Notes: generated by a model not told the origin, from the sequence alone. Shown: positions 1-7,605, counted from the stretch's first letter. The stretch: DNA of 64,000 bases from a virus (IMGVR_UViG_3300045051_000014), one strand, 5' to 3'. Program-made: numbers and translations.

Positions 1-369
1 ATGATGGACAAGATGAAAGGCATCCATGCGTCTGTCAAGGCGAAGGGAACCGGCAAGGTCATTATGAACACCGCACGGCAGGACTTTGACGACAAGCACA
101 AGTTCCTCGACACCTTCCGGCAGCATGGCGTGGACATTGACGATATCCATGTCCACCGTGCCGGTAACATCAAGGGCATGAGCGTCGGTCAAGCGAAGAA
201 TGAAGTCATACGAAAACACCTAAATACGGGTAACTACAAGAGCGTAAGCCTTTACGACGATTCCATCGAAAACCTGAATCACTTCAAAGAGTTATCCAAA
301 GAGCATCCCGACGTAAAGTTCAAAGCATACCACGTTCAACCAGACGGGCGAATTAAGCACCACAAGTGA
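1..369 (+). CDS. HAD-superfamily-like phage protein (probably 5'-truncated at window edge)
   Basis: ORF track; K...LYDDSIENL resembles HAD motifs III/IV of phage phosphatase-like proteins. Confidence 0.45.
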   Translation: MMDKMKGIHASVKAKGTGKVIMNTARQDFDDKHKFLDTFRQHGVDIDDIHVHRAGNIKGMSVGQAKNEVIRKHLNTGNYKSVSLYDDSIENLNHFKELSKEHPDVKFKAYHVQPDGRIKHHK

Positions 370-378
370 GACTATACC

Positions 379-744
379 ATGGCAATCTATACATTCAGAA
401 ACAAGAAAACAGGCAGGACAAAAGAATATGAAATGCCCATCAAGGAATACGACCAATTCAAGATCGACAACCCGCATCTAGAACGCATCATCGACCCCGT
501 AGGTATTGGCTTTCAGTTAGCAGGACAAGGCAACAAGACCATAACAGAACTAGCAGCAAAACGTGATCCCGCATGGGGCGAAGTATTATCGAAGATAGGA
601 CAGCAGAATCTAGACAGCCCATTGAATTCAGATTTCGCAAAGAACAAGACCATCAAGAGGCTCAGAGCAGAAGCAGTAGTAGAGAAACATGCCAAGATGC
701 AAGAAAAGCAACGCAAAGAACGTGCGCGAAAAGTCAAAAACTAA
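379..744 (+). CDS. FmdB-like small phage protein (Cys-less), typical upstream neighbour of phoH in T4-like phages
   Basis: N-terminus MAIYTFRNKKTG...DNPHLERII; synteny with phoH. Confidence 0.5.
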   Translation: MAIYTFRNKKTGRTKEYEMPIKEYDQFKIDNPHLERIIDPVGIGFQLAGQGNKTITELAAKRDPAWGEVLSKIGQQNLDSPLNSDFAKNKTIKRLRAEAVVEKHAKMQEKQRKERARKVKN

Positions 745-773
745 CATCGACATTGTACAAGGTGATTCAGCCG

Positions 774-805
774 GGGCAGGCACTCGTAAGGGTGCCTGCC
801 CTTTT
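774..805 (+). terminator. Rho-independent terminator
   Basis: GGGCAGGCAC/GTGCCTGCCC perfect 10-bp stem followed by TTTT. Confidence 0.8.
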
Positions 806-832
806 CATTTCTACAGCCCAAAAGGGAAACCC

Positions 833-1519
833 ATGTCCAATAAGAAGCAGAAGCGACCAGAACATTTTTCACTGCGTACCGTGAAGCCACTGAATTATGC
901 GCAGCAAACAACGTTCGAAGCATGGCACGCTGACCAACACCTGTTGCTCCACGGAGTCGCAGGAACCGGTAAGACCTATCTCTCCCTCTACCTTGCCCTC
1001 AAGGAGATTCTACGTCCCGATACGACCTACGAACAGATCATCATCGTCCGCTCCACCGTTCCTTCCCGCGACATGGGATTCCTCCCCGGCAAGGTGGACG
1101 AGAAAGCGAAGGTCTATGAAGAACCCTACCGCGAGATTTGCGATGACCTGTTTGGACGCGGCGATGGCTACGATATCCTCAAGATGAAGAAACTGGTTCA
1201 CTTCACCACAACCTCGCATCTGCGCGGTCTGACTTTCAAGAACGCAATCGTGATCGTGGACGAGTGCCAAAACATGATTCTACAGGAGTTGGATACCATC
1301 GTGACTCGCGTGGGTGACAATTGCCGTATCATCTTCTGCGGTGACTTCCGGCAGACCGACTTGCAGAAGGAGAAGGAAAAGTCCGGACTGCACACGTTCC
1401 TGCGCATTCTGGACGATACCAAATACTTCGAACGGATCGAATTCGGTCCCGACGATATCGTGCGCTCTGGATTGGTCAAGGCATACATCTTATCCAAATT
1501 AGAGCTAGGAATCGTCTAA
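833..1519 (+). CDS. phoH: PhoH-family ATPase
   Basis: Walker A GVAGTGKT, DMGFLPG, RGLTF, IVDECQN, FCGD motifs; start moved to ATG 833, downstream of the terminator. Confidence 0.95.
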   Translation: MSNKKQKRPEHFSLRTVKPLNYAQQTTFEAWHADQHLLLHGVAGTGKTYLSLYLALKEILRPDTTYEQIIIVRSTVPSRDMGFLPGKVDEKAKVYEEPYREICDDLFGRGDGYDILKMKKLVHFTTTSHLRGLTFKNAIVIVDECQNMILQELDTIVTRVGDNCRIIFCGDFRQTDLQKEKEKSGLHTFLRILDDTKYFERIEFGPDDIVRSGLVKAYILSKLELGIV

Positions 1520-1528
1520 TCACGACAC

Positions 1529-1665
1529 GAATCGCGACACCATGACGCGATTCTGCAAGTAAACCTTGATTCTGCAAGTACGCAATCACGGACCTTAAGC
1601 CGCTATGGTCCGTGATTGCAATCCTAATCCGGATAAGGTGCTATATTTGATACCTTATCCGGGTT
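1529..1665. repeat. Cluster of three tandem inverted repeats in a non-coding gap
   Basis: GAATCGCG/CGCGATTC (1529-1553), GCAATCACGGACC/GGTCCGTGATTGC (1582-1619), AATCCGGATAAGGT/ACCTTATCCGGGTT (1626-1665); direct repeat GATTCTGCAAGTA twice. Confidence 0.85.
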
Positions 1666-1717
1666 AAGGGGCTTTTTATAGCTCATTATTGAGCCGCTAT
1701 AATTATTCGAATTAGGC

Positions 1718-1746
1718 TTGACACCGACTGAAAAGGGGTGTATAAT
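1718..1746 (+). promoter_or_regulatory. Consensus sigma70-type early promoter
   Basis: TTGACA-17 bp-TATAAT, upstream of the exonuclease gene. Confidence 0.9.
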
Positions 1747-1792
1747 GACTGTGTGGACTTTGAATGGTAACTTTTAAGATTATAGGATCATT

Positions 1793-2479
1793 GTGGGTTT
1801 TCTACACGTAAAGCATGAGTTTCCTACACTCTTAAAGGAAACAGCAGAAGATGGCAGTCGAATCTATCTCACACCGGATGGTAAACGCTATCCCTCTGTG
1901 ACTACCGTTATTGCACCGCATAACAAAGCTGCTATCGACAAGTGGAAGGACCGAGTAGGTCATGCCAAGGCTAAGAAGATATCCGAGAATGCGTCAGAGC
2001 GTGGGGATATCGTTCACCTTGCATTAGAAGCACTTCTCAACAATTACTCGACCGGTGAAATCGTTAAAACGATGATGCCGCACGCCAAGCATGTCTATCT
2101 GAACATGAAGACTGAGCTAGAGCGTCGGCTGACAGAAGTTCACGGATTAGAACAGCCATTGTTCTCACACAAATTACGCTTGGCAGGAACCACAGATTGT
2201 ATAGCAAAATATGACAATCTCTTGTCCATCGTTGACTTCAAGACCGCTCTTAGACTCAAGAAGACCGAATACGTTCAAGGCTATTTCATGCAGCTTGCGG
2301 CATATGCGTTCATGTTCGAAGAAATGACAGGACACCGCATTGAGCAGGGTGTGATTCTAATCGGCGTGGATGGTGAAACCTTCGCGCAGACGTTTCGACT
2401 TCCTCGCGACAAGTTCGGTCCCTACCTCAAAGAGATAGTCTCTTGGAGAGATAAATACGAACAGGGAGAAGCAGCATGA
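1793..2479 (+). CDS. PD-(D/E)XK exonuclease (lambda-exo/Cas4-like, T4-like phage exonuclease)
   Basis: YPSVTTV, RG..VH, LAGTTDCIA, IVDFKT, YFMQLAAYA motifs; GTG start. Confidence 0.85.
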   Translation: MGFLHVKHEFPTLLKETAEDGSRIYLTPDGKRYPSVTTVIAPHNKAAIDKWKDRVGHAKAKKISENASERGDIVHLALEALLNNYSTGEIVKTMMPHAKHVYLNMKTELERRLTEVHGLEQPLFSHKLRLAGTTDCIAKYDNLLSIVDFKTALRLKKTEYVQGYFMQLAAYAFMFEEMTGHRIEQGVILIGVDGETFAQTFRLPRDKFGPYLKEIVSWRDKYEQGEAA

Positions 2480-2565
2480 GCGTACTGGCACTGGCTTTTA
2501 TCACGATCATCGGCGTATCCCTGATTGCCACTTTTGGCACAGACGATGACGACAACGAGGAATAA
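2476..2565 (+). CDS. 29-aa membrane peptide (MSVLALAFITIIGVSLIATFGTDDDDNEE)
   Basis: ATG overlaps the preceding stop (ATGA); one hydrophobic helix and an acidic tail; below ORF-track size cutoff. Confidence 0.5.
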   Translation: MSVLALAFITIIGVSLIATFGTDDDDNEE

Positions 2566-2569
2566 TCAA

Positions 2570-2734
2570 ATGAGCGGACTACTAGTTGGAGAAGTTTTGG
2601 TTGTGGTTCTTGCGGTGGGCGGCTTCGGCTACTTCATCTACAAGAAGGTCACTGCTAAGAAGGAAACCTCTGGCACCGGAACGGGTGGCGGCGGTGGCGG
2701 TTCGAAGGGTGGCGGTAGCGTCAATCAGGTCTAA
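2570..2734 (+). CDS. Small single-pass membrane protein with Gly-rich tail
   Basis: ATG 2570 after GAGG; hydrophobic N-terminus, then KK and [14 protein letters not shown]. Confidence 0.6.
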   Translation: MSGLLVGEVLVVVLAVGGFGYFIYKKVTAKKETSGTGTGGGGGGSKGGGSVNQV

Positions 2735-3573
2735 TGATTAAAGACGATTCCCGACTTCGACAGAAAGCTTGGTCAGATTACAGAATGCGAATGCGAGAAG
2801 AGATTCAGGGCAAGGGTTATCCCAAGGCTCTCTCCGAAGTCGGGAAGGTCGCACTGATCTGTATTGCGAAGGATGAAGATCGCTACATCGAAGAGTGGAT
2901 CGAATATCACTTGAAGCTAGGTGTGGACAGTATCTACATCTACGAAAACGACTGGCGTTCTAATCTAGGATGGCATGAACAGATTGACACGATTCCCTTC
3001 GATGGAAAGCATCGACAGGTCTATGCGTACAATCACTGGTTGTTCAGTAGTGAAGCCGAATACTTCGATTGGGCAATCTTCATTGATGTGGACGAGTTCA
3101 TAGTCTTGAAGCAGCATTCCTCTATTCAGGAGTTCTTGCGCGACTATGGAAATCTTCCAGAAGGTGTGGATGCCATTGCGGTGAATTGGATGATGTTTGG
3201 TGATAGCGGCGTGAGTGAGAGTGAGGGTTCCGTACTGGAACGATTCACACACAGAGGCGCGGTTCCAGACAGGCACATCAAGAGCATCGTGCGGCTGAAC
3301 GGCGACCGAATGATGCTGACGACACACAACACGTTCGGCTACTGGATAGACACGAACGGCAAGGTAGGCGAAGGACAGAACAATTTTGACGGTAATGGCG
3401 ATGTGATTCAGATCAATCACTATTACTGTAAGACGAAAGAAGAATTTATTCGAAAGGTGAATCGTGGCAGAGCGGACTGTGGATTGCTCTGGAACGAGTG
3501 GGATTTCGATCAGTACAATCAAAACGAAGTTGAAGACCTCACGGCACTCAACTTCATCAAGGGGAAGAAATGA
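2734..3573 (+). CDS. Glycosyltransferase (GT-A fold; GT2-like/GT92-like)
   Basis: ICIAKDE..YIEEWIEYH..LGVD.IYIYEND, W.IFIDVDEFI (DxD motif), INHYY.KT.EEF..K..RG. Confidence 0.85.
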   Translation: MIKDDSRLRQKAWSDYRMRMREEIQGKGYPKALSEVGKVALICIAKDEDRYIEEWIEYHLKLGVDSIYIYENDWRSNLGWHEQIDTIPFDGKHRQVYAYNHWLFSSEAEYFDWAIFIDVDEFIVLKQHSSIQEFLRDYGNLPEGVDAIAVNWMMFGDSGVSESEGSVLERFTHRGAVPDRHIKSIVRLNGDRMMLTTHNTFGYWIDTNGKVGEGQNNFDGNGDVIQINHYYCKTKEEFIRKVNRGRADCGLLWNEWDFDQYNQNEVEDLTALNFIKGKK

Positions 3574-3800
3574 GCGATACAACGGAAGTAGTGGCAGCAG
3601 CACCAGTAGACCGCAAGGAAGAGAAGCGATTCAATTCGCGCAAGTTCATGTTCTCTGTGGGCATCTGGTTCGCAGGCACCGTAGGTTGGGCAACCCACCT
3701 GATGACTGCCGCAGAGTGGACCGAGTTCTCACGTTGGATTCTGACGCTTTACCTGATCGGTAATGTGTCCGAGTCTGCACTGAGCTTTCTGAGGAAGTAA
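3570..3800 (+). CDS. Small two-TM membrane protein (possible holin)
   Basis: SRKFMFSV followed by two hydrophobic helices and a basic C-terminus. Confidence 0.5.
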   Translation: MSDTTEVVAAAPVDRKEEKRFNSRKFMFSVGIWFAGTVGWATHLMTAAEWTEFSRWILTLYLIGNVSESALSFLRK

Positions 3801-3801
3801 C

Positions 3802-4137
3802 ATGTGGAACTATAAGGCACGTTGCTACCGAGTGGTTGACGGTGACACCTATGACGTAACCGTGGATCTTGGATTCAACATCCACCACAACATTCGGTTG
3901 CGTCTGCGTGGAGTCAATACTCCTGAAATCTTCGGTGCTACTGCATCCGAAGAGGGTAAGAGAGCCGCTGAGTTTGTCAGAGGCTTGCTTGAGAATAAGG
4001 ACGTTGTGGTTACAACGTACAAGGCTCAACCTTCTACCTTCAATCGCTATGAAGCGGATGTGATGGTGTTGGTTGAAGGTGTGCCAGTGGATATTGCCAC
4101 GCACATTGTTGAACAAGGATACGGAATAAGGGTTTGA
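3802..4137 (+). CDS. Thermonuclease (SNase)-like nuclease
   Basis: RVVDGDT.D...DLGF, RLRGVNTPE motifs. Confidence 0.75.
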   Translation: MWNYKARCYRVVDGDTYDVTVDLGFNIHHNIRLRLRGVNTPEIFGATASEEGKRAAEFVRGLLENKDVVVTTYKAQPSTFNRYEADVMVLVEGVPVDIATHIVEQGYGIRV

Positions 4138-4140
4138 TTA

Positions 4141-4446
4141 TAGTGGTATGATGTGAAGTGAAGGTGCTTTGGACGCGGGTTCGACTCCCGCCTGCTCCAC
4201 CAAAAGAATTCTCGCGTTAGAGCCACCATCGAAAGGTGACGTATGGCAGGGAATGTAAGCCGAGAGTTCTTTTTATGGGGCAGTCAAGGTTTCGACAGGG
4301 CAAGATAGCGGAACGGACCACTAGAGAGGCGACTGACTTAATCAGCGCAAAAACTGTAAAAGCAAACGAAGACTTTTACTCGCAGGAAATGGCACTAGCT
4401 GCCTGATCCAGACGGAGCATGACCCACTTGGCAACAGAATGGGTCA
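4141..4446 (+). ncRNA. ssrA: Circularly permuted (two-piece) tmRNA: acceptor piece ~4141-4202, intervening segment 4203-4276, coding piece 4277-~4446
   Basis: T-arm GCGGG-TTCGACT-CCCGC then CTGCTCC-A-CCA lies upstream of GGGGCAG..GGTTTCGAC; the 7-bp acceptor stem pairs with a G3:U alanyl determinant; helix-2 pairings CAGGGCA/TGCTTTG and ACCACTA/TAGTGGT; tag frame 4362-4406 ANEDFYSQEMALAA*. Confidence 0.92.
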
Positions 4447-4449
4447 CGG

Positions 4450-4478
4450 CAAGGGGAGGCAACTCCCCTTGTCTTTTT
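4450..4478 (+). terminator. Rho-independent terminator of the tmRNA gene
   Basis: CAAGGGGAG-GCAA-CTCCCCTTG followed by TCTTTTT. Confidence 0.85.
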
Positions 4479-4507
4479 CAAAGTCGCAACACATGGAGGA
4501 AAATAAC

Positions 4508-5110
4508 ATGCGCCGACTAATGACTTTGGTGATGATGCTTTTCGTGATGACAATGCCGGTACACGCTGACGAATCCACGCCAGAAGATGCTACCCCAATT
4601 CTCTCTTCTATCAACTCCGTTGGCGAAGCGATAATCGGACTTCGCAACGACATAATTGATTTCGTGATTCCAACCATTCGTATTCCCAAGGACGTTCCTG
4701 CAAAGGAAGTGAAGTGCCTTGCGGACAACATTTACTTCGAAGCGAAGAACGAACCTTACGAGGGGCAGCTTGCAGTCGCGCAGGTTACTCTTAATCGTGT
4801 CGATCATCCCGAATACCCTAAGACGGTATGTGGTGTGGTCTGGCAGCAGAACAAGGATCGTCGCACCGGCAGAAAGGTCGCTCAGTTCTCATGGACATTA
4901 GACGGAAAGCCAGACGTTCCTAAGTCTAAGACGGCTTACGAACAGGCATACTCCGTCGCAGAAGAGGCATTGCTTTATGGCACGCAATCTGCTATCATAG
5001 GGACTGAGGCACTGTTCTATCACGCTAATTACGTGAAGCCACGTTGGGCGCGGCAGATGGAACGGATTGCCAGAATTGGAAACCACATCTTTTATCAACC
5101 AAGAATCTAA
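4508..5110 (+). CDS. SleB/CwlJ-like cell wall hydrolase (Hydrolase_2) with N-terminal signal peptide
   Basis: CLADNIYFEAKNE, AVAQVTLNRV, YPKTVCGVV, QFSW, ALFYHANYVKPRW, IGNHIFY; GGAGG SD before ATG 4508. Confidence 0.9.
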   Translation: MRRLMTLVMMLFVMTMPVHADESTPEDATPILSSINSVGEAIIGLRNDIIDFVIPTIRIPKDVPAKEVKCLADNIYFEAKNEPYEGQLAVAQVTLNRVDHPEYPKTVCGVVWQQNKDRRTGRKVAQFSWTLDGKPDVPKSKTAYEQAYSVAEEALLYGTQSAIIGTEALFYHANYVKPRWARQMERIARIGNHIFYQPRI

Positions 5111-5331
5111 TGCCAACTAGAGAAGAAAAGAACGAGTTCTCGGAGAAAATCATGCTCCGAATGCAGGAACTCAATACAGACTGCCTCGACGCAATGGTAA
5201 CATATTGCGAAGAGGTCGGTCTGGAAATGGAAGTTGCCGCAACGCTAGTCAACGATATTCTCAAGGAACAGTTGGAAGATGCGTTCGCGGAACTGAACTA
5301 CATTGAGAAGAGTAGCAAGCTGCCGCTATGA
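5110..5331 (+). CDS. gp33: Late transcription coactivator gp33-like
   Basis: F...I..........LDA...YCEE.GLE.E....L....LKE.LE.....LNY.....KLPL pattern; synteny with gp59 and gp32. Confidence 0.85.
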   Translation: MPTREEKNEFSEKIMLRMQELNTDCLDAMVTYCEEVGLEMEVAATLVNDILKEQLEDAFAELNYIEKSSKLPL

Positions 5332-5609
5332 AGCTTCCGCAGGACTACACCAAACTGACTCCCAAGCAGCGAAAGCTTGTGCGAGAAGAGTACGCCAGAC
5401 AACAGAACGACATGTGCATGTATTGCCATGCGAGTCTGGACTATGATCCGCCCGAATGGATTCTTCAAAAGCAAGTCAATTGGGATCTGTTTCCACCACA
5501 CTTTTTGAAACACCACGTTCACTTACAACACAATCACGCCACAGGCATGACAGAGGGTGCGGTTCACGCATACTGTAATGCGGTGATGTGGCAATATGAA
5601 GGTCGATGA
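5328..5609 (+). CDS. Endonuclease VII-like His-Me finger protein
   Basis: QQND-CMYC...LQHNHATG..EGAVH..CN resembles the EndoVII Q.G.CxxC..DHDH.TG.VRG.LC..CN motif. Confidence 0.5.
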   Translation: MKLPQDYTKLTPKQRKLVREEYARQQNDMCMYCHASLDYDPPEWILQKQVNWDLFPPHFLKHHVHLQHNHATGMTEGAVHAYCNAVMWQYEGR

Positions 5610-5610
5610 T

Positions 5611-5778
5611 ATGAGCGAGAACACCGCACTTGTGCTGATGATGCTATTGGCACTGATCTGGAACATTGCCCTTTGGGGTGGATTCCTCTACGTGATCATT
5701 GCAATGAACCAGTCATGGTGGCTGATTCTGGTTCCCCTATTCTTTACTGTCTTCCCCAAGAGTAAATCCGATGAGTGA
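5611..5778 (+). CDS. Small two-TM membrane protein
   Basis: Hydrophobic 55-aa ORF in a tightly coupled operon. Confidence 0.55.
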   Translation: MSENTALVLMMLLALIWNIALWGGFLYVIIAMNQSWWLILVPLFFTVFPKSKSDE

Positions 5779-6022
5779 TAACAAGACAAAGCTATTACAG
5801 GAAGTGATCGCATTCTTCAATTCGGTGGGCGTAACACCGGGACGCGGCAGGGATGGCGACCTCATGAGCCGCATCATGGCAGAGGTGGAAAACGATCCTA
5901 CCGCGCCGCCTGTGCTAGTCTCTTTCAATCCTAATCAGAGAATGCAATGTCCTCTGTGCAAGCATCCCGACTTTAACGAATGTGGTTGCCCTGCCGACGA
6001 GCAGATGGCAGCGATGATGTAA
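5771..6022 (+). CDS. Hypothetical protein with C-terminal CPLC..CGC putative Zn site
   Basis: Coupled ORF; stop overlaps the gp59 start. Confidence 0.55.
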   Translation: MSDNKTKLLQEVIAFFNSVGVTPGRGRDGDLMSRIMAEVENDPTAPPVLVSFNPNQRMQCPLCKHPDFNECGCPADEQMAAMM

Positions 6023-6633
6023 TGAACGGCTACGAAGTATTCTGCATCTATCAGGCAGTGAAGCTTCACTTCACCACCGACACCTATTGCTTCTTCAAGT
6101 ATAACGGAAAGGTGGCAACAAAACCCGCAGGCTTTGAGAAGCGCAAGGACAAGTACATGTTTCACCGGCTCGCTCGCAATCTACGCGACGAGGAAGTGGT
6201 GGGGTTCTTTGTGTCTAATTTCCTGATGAAGCAGAAGGCATGGACGCAGGATTTCCTTGAACCGGAAGCGAAGGAAACGTACACCGCATGGCGCAAGAAA
6301 ATCGACGCACTCTCATACACGTTCGATCAGGACATGACTAAGATCATCGAAGAAATGGACAAGCGTGACATGGGCATTGCCGCCATGTTCAAGCCACCCG
6401 CAGACGGATCCTATCCTCTAATCTGGACGATGATGAATCAGGGTGACATTCAATTCGAAACCATGGTCATTCTGCACGGCATGACCGGCGTACTCGACCT
6501 GTGGGATACGAAGTATAATTCTGATTTCATCTACGAGAAGACTTCTAAGCTCATACGCAAGTACGAGCCTTTCTTGGGATTGGACGTACCCAAGTTCAAA
6601 AAGATCGTCCAAAAGCACTTGACCGCAGCATGA
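6022..6633 (+). CDS. gp59: Helicase loader gp59
   Basis: M.GYEVF..YQAVKLHFT...Y.FFKYNGK, F.KRKDKY.F.RLA; start moved to ATG 6022. Confidence 0.9.
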   Translation: MNGYEVFCIYQAVKLHFTTDTYCFFKYNGKVATKPAGFEKRKDKYMFHRLARNLRDEEVVGFFVSNFLMKQKAWTQDFLEPEAKETYTAWRKKIDALSYTFDQDMTKIIEEMDKRDMGIAAMFKPPADGSYPLIWTMMNQGDIQFETMVILHGMTGVLDLWDTKYNSDFIYEKTSKLIRKYEPFLGLDVPKFKKIVQKHLTAA

Positions 6634-6647
6634 GAATGCTATATAAT
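6619..6647 (+). promoter_or_regulatory. sigma70-type promoter for gp32
   Basis: TTGACC-17 bp-TATAAT. Confidence 0.8.
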
Positions 6648-6714
6648 GATTGTACATTATGAATACTGTGGATAAGACTAATACTTCAATACGTTAATAC
6701 AAGGAAATACGCAA

Positions 6715-7605
6715 ATGGCAATTGATTTCAAATCTCTCAAAAAGTCCTCTGGACTCACCGACAAACTCACCAAGGCAATCGAAGACAAGAACAAGGGTTC
6801 TTTCGCCAAGGATGACGACCGGTTCTGGCAACCCGAAGTAGACAAGGCAGGTAACGGTTACGCAATCGTTCGCTTGCTCGACGCTCCCGCAGTGGACGGC
6901 GAAGATGCTCTTCCGTGGGTTCAAATCTTCAATCACGGCTTTCAGGGTTCCGCAGGATGGTACATCGAAAACTGCCCAACTACGGTTGGCGGTAAGTGTC
7001 CCGCTTGCGAACACAACAACAAGTTGTGGAACTCCGGTGTCGATAAGGACAAGGATACCGTCCGTAAGCAGAAGCGTCGGCTTGGATATGTTTCCAATGT
7101 CCTGATCATTTCTGACAAGGCGCATCCTGAGAACGAAGGTAAGGTCAAACTGTATCGTTACGGCAAGAAGATCTTCGACAAGATTCAGGAAAAGCTCACC
7201 CCTCAGTTCGAAGACGAAACGGCAATCAATCCGTTCGACTTCTGGAAGGGTGCCAACCTCAAGATCAAGATCCGCAATGTCGAAGGCTATCGTAACTACG
7301 ACAAGAGTGAATTCGATGAAATCTCAGCCGTCTACGAAGACGACAAGAAGATCGAAGCCCTCTGGAAGAGCCTGCATTCGCTCAAGCAGTTTGTCGCTCC
7401 GGACCAGTTCAAGTCCTTCGATGAACTGAGCGACCGCCTCAACCGTGCGTTGGGTGCCGGTGGTGCTGCCGCAGCACGCGCTCCGAAGATCGAAGACGCG
7501 ACTGCACCGTGGGAAGAGCCTAAGAAGGCAGAACCCCGCAAGACAGCCGAGAGTGTGGCAGTAGACGACGACCTCGACTACTTCAACAAACTCGCACAGG
7601 AGTAA
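6715..7605 (+). CDS. gp32: Single-stranded DNA-binding protein gp32
   Basis: DDRFWQP..DKAGNGYA.VR.L, WYIENC.TT.G.KCP.C, NPFDFWKGANLKIKIR.VEGYRNYDKSEF, acidic tail DDDLDYFNKLA. Confidence 0.97.
   Translation: MAIDFKSLKKSSGLTDKLTKAIEDKNKGSFAKDDDRFWQPEVDKAGNGYAIVRLLDAPAVDGEDALPWVQIFNHGFQGSAGWYIENCPTTVGGKCPACEHNNKLWNSGVDKDKDTVRKQKRRLGYVSNVLIISDKAHPENEGKVKLYRYGKKIFDKIQEKLTPQFEDETAINPFDFWKGANLKIKIRNVEGYRNYDKSEFDEISAVYEDDKKIEALWKSLHSLKQFVAPDQFKSFDELSDRLNRALGAGGAAAARAPKIEDATAPWEEPKKAEPRKTAESVAVDDDLDYFNKLAQE

Noticed and set aside
689-832. N-terminal extension of phoH
   Set aside because: It crosses the upstream gene and a terminator; homology-like sequence begins after ATG 833
4160-4202. A standalone tRNA gene ending in CCA
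   Set aside because: No D-arm or anticodon arm lies upstream; its acceptor strand pairs with GGGGCAG at 4277, so it is the acceptor piece of the permuted tmRNA
4047-4229. Minus-strand 60-aa ORF (WWSRRESNPRP)
   Set aside because: This is the antisense translation of the tmRNA T-arm, a common artefact
4439-4507. N-terminal extension of the SleB-like ORF
   Set aside because: It overlaps the tmRNA hairpin and terminator; a strong GGAGG SD supports ATG 4508
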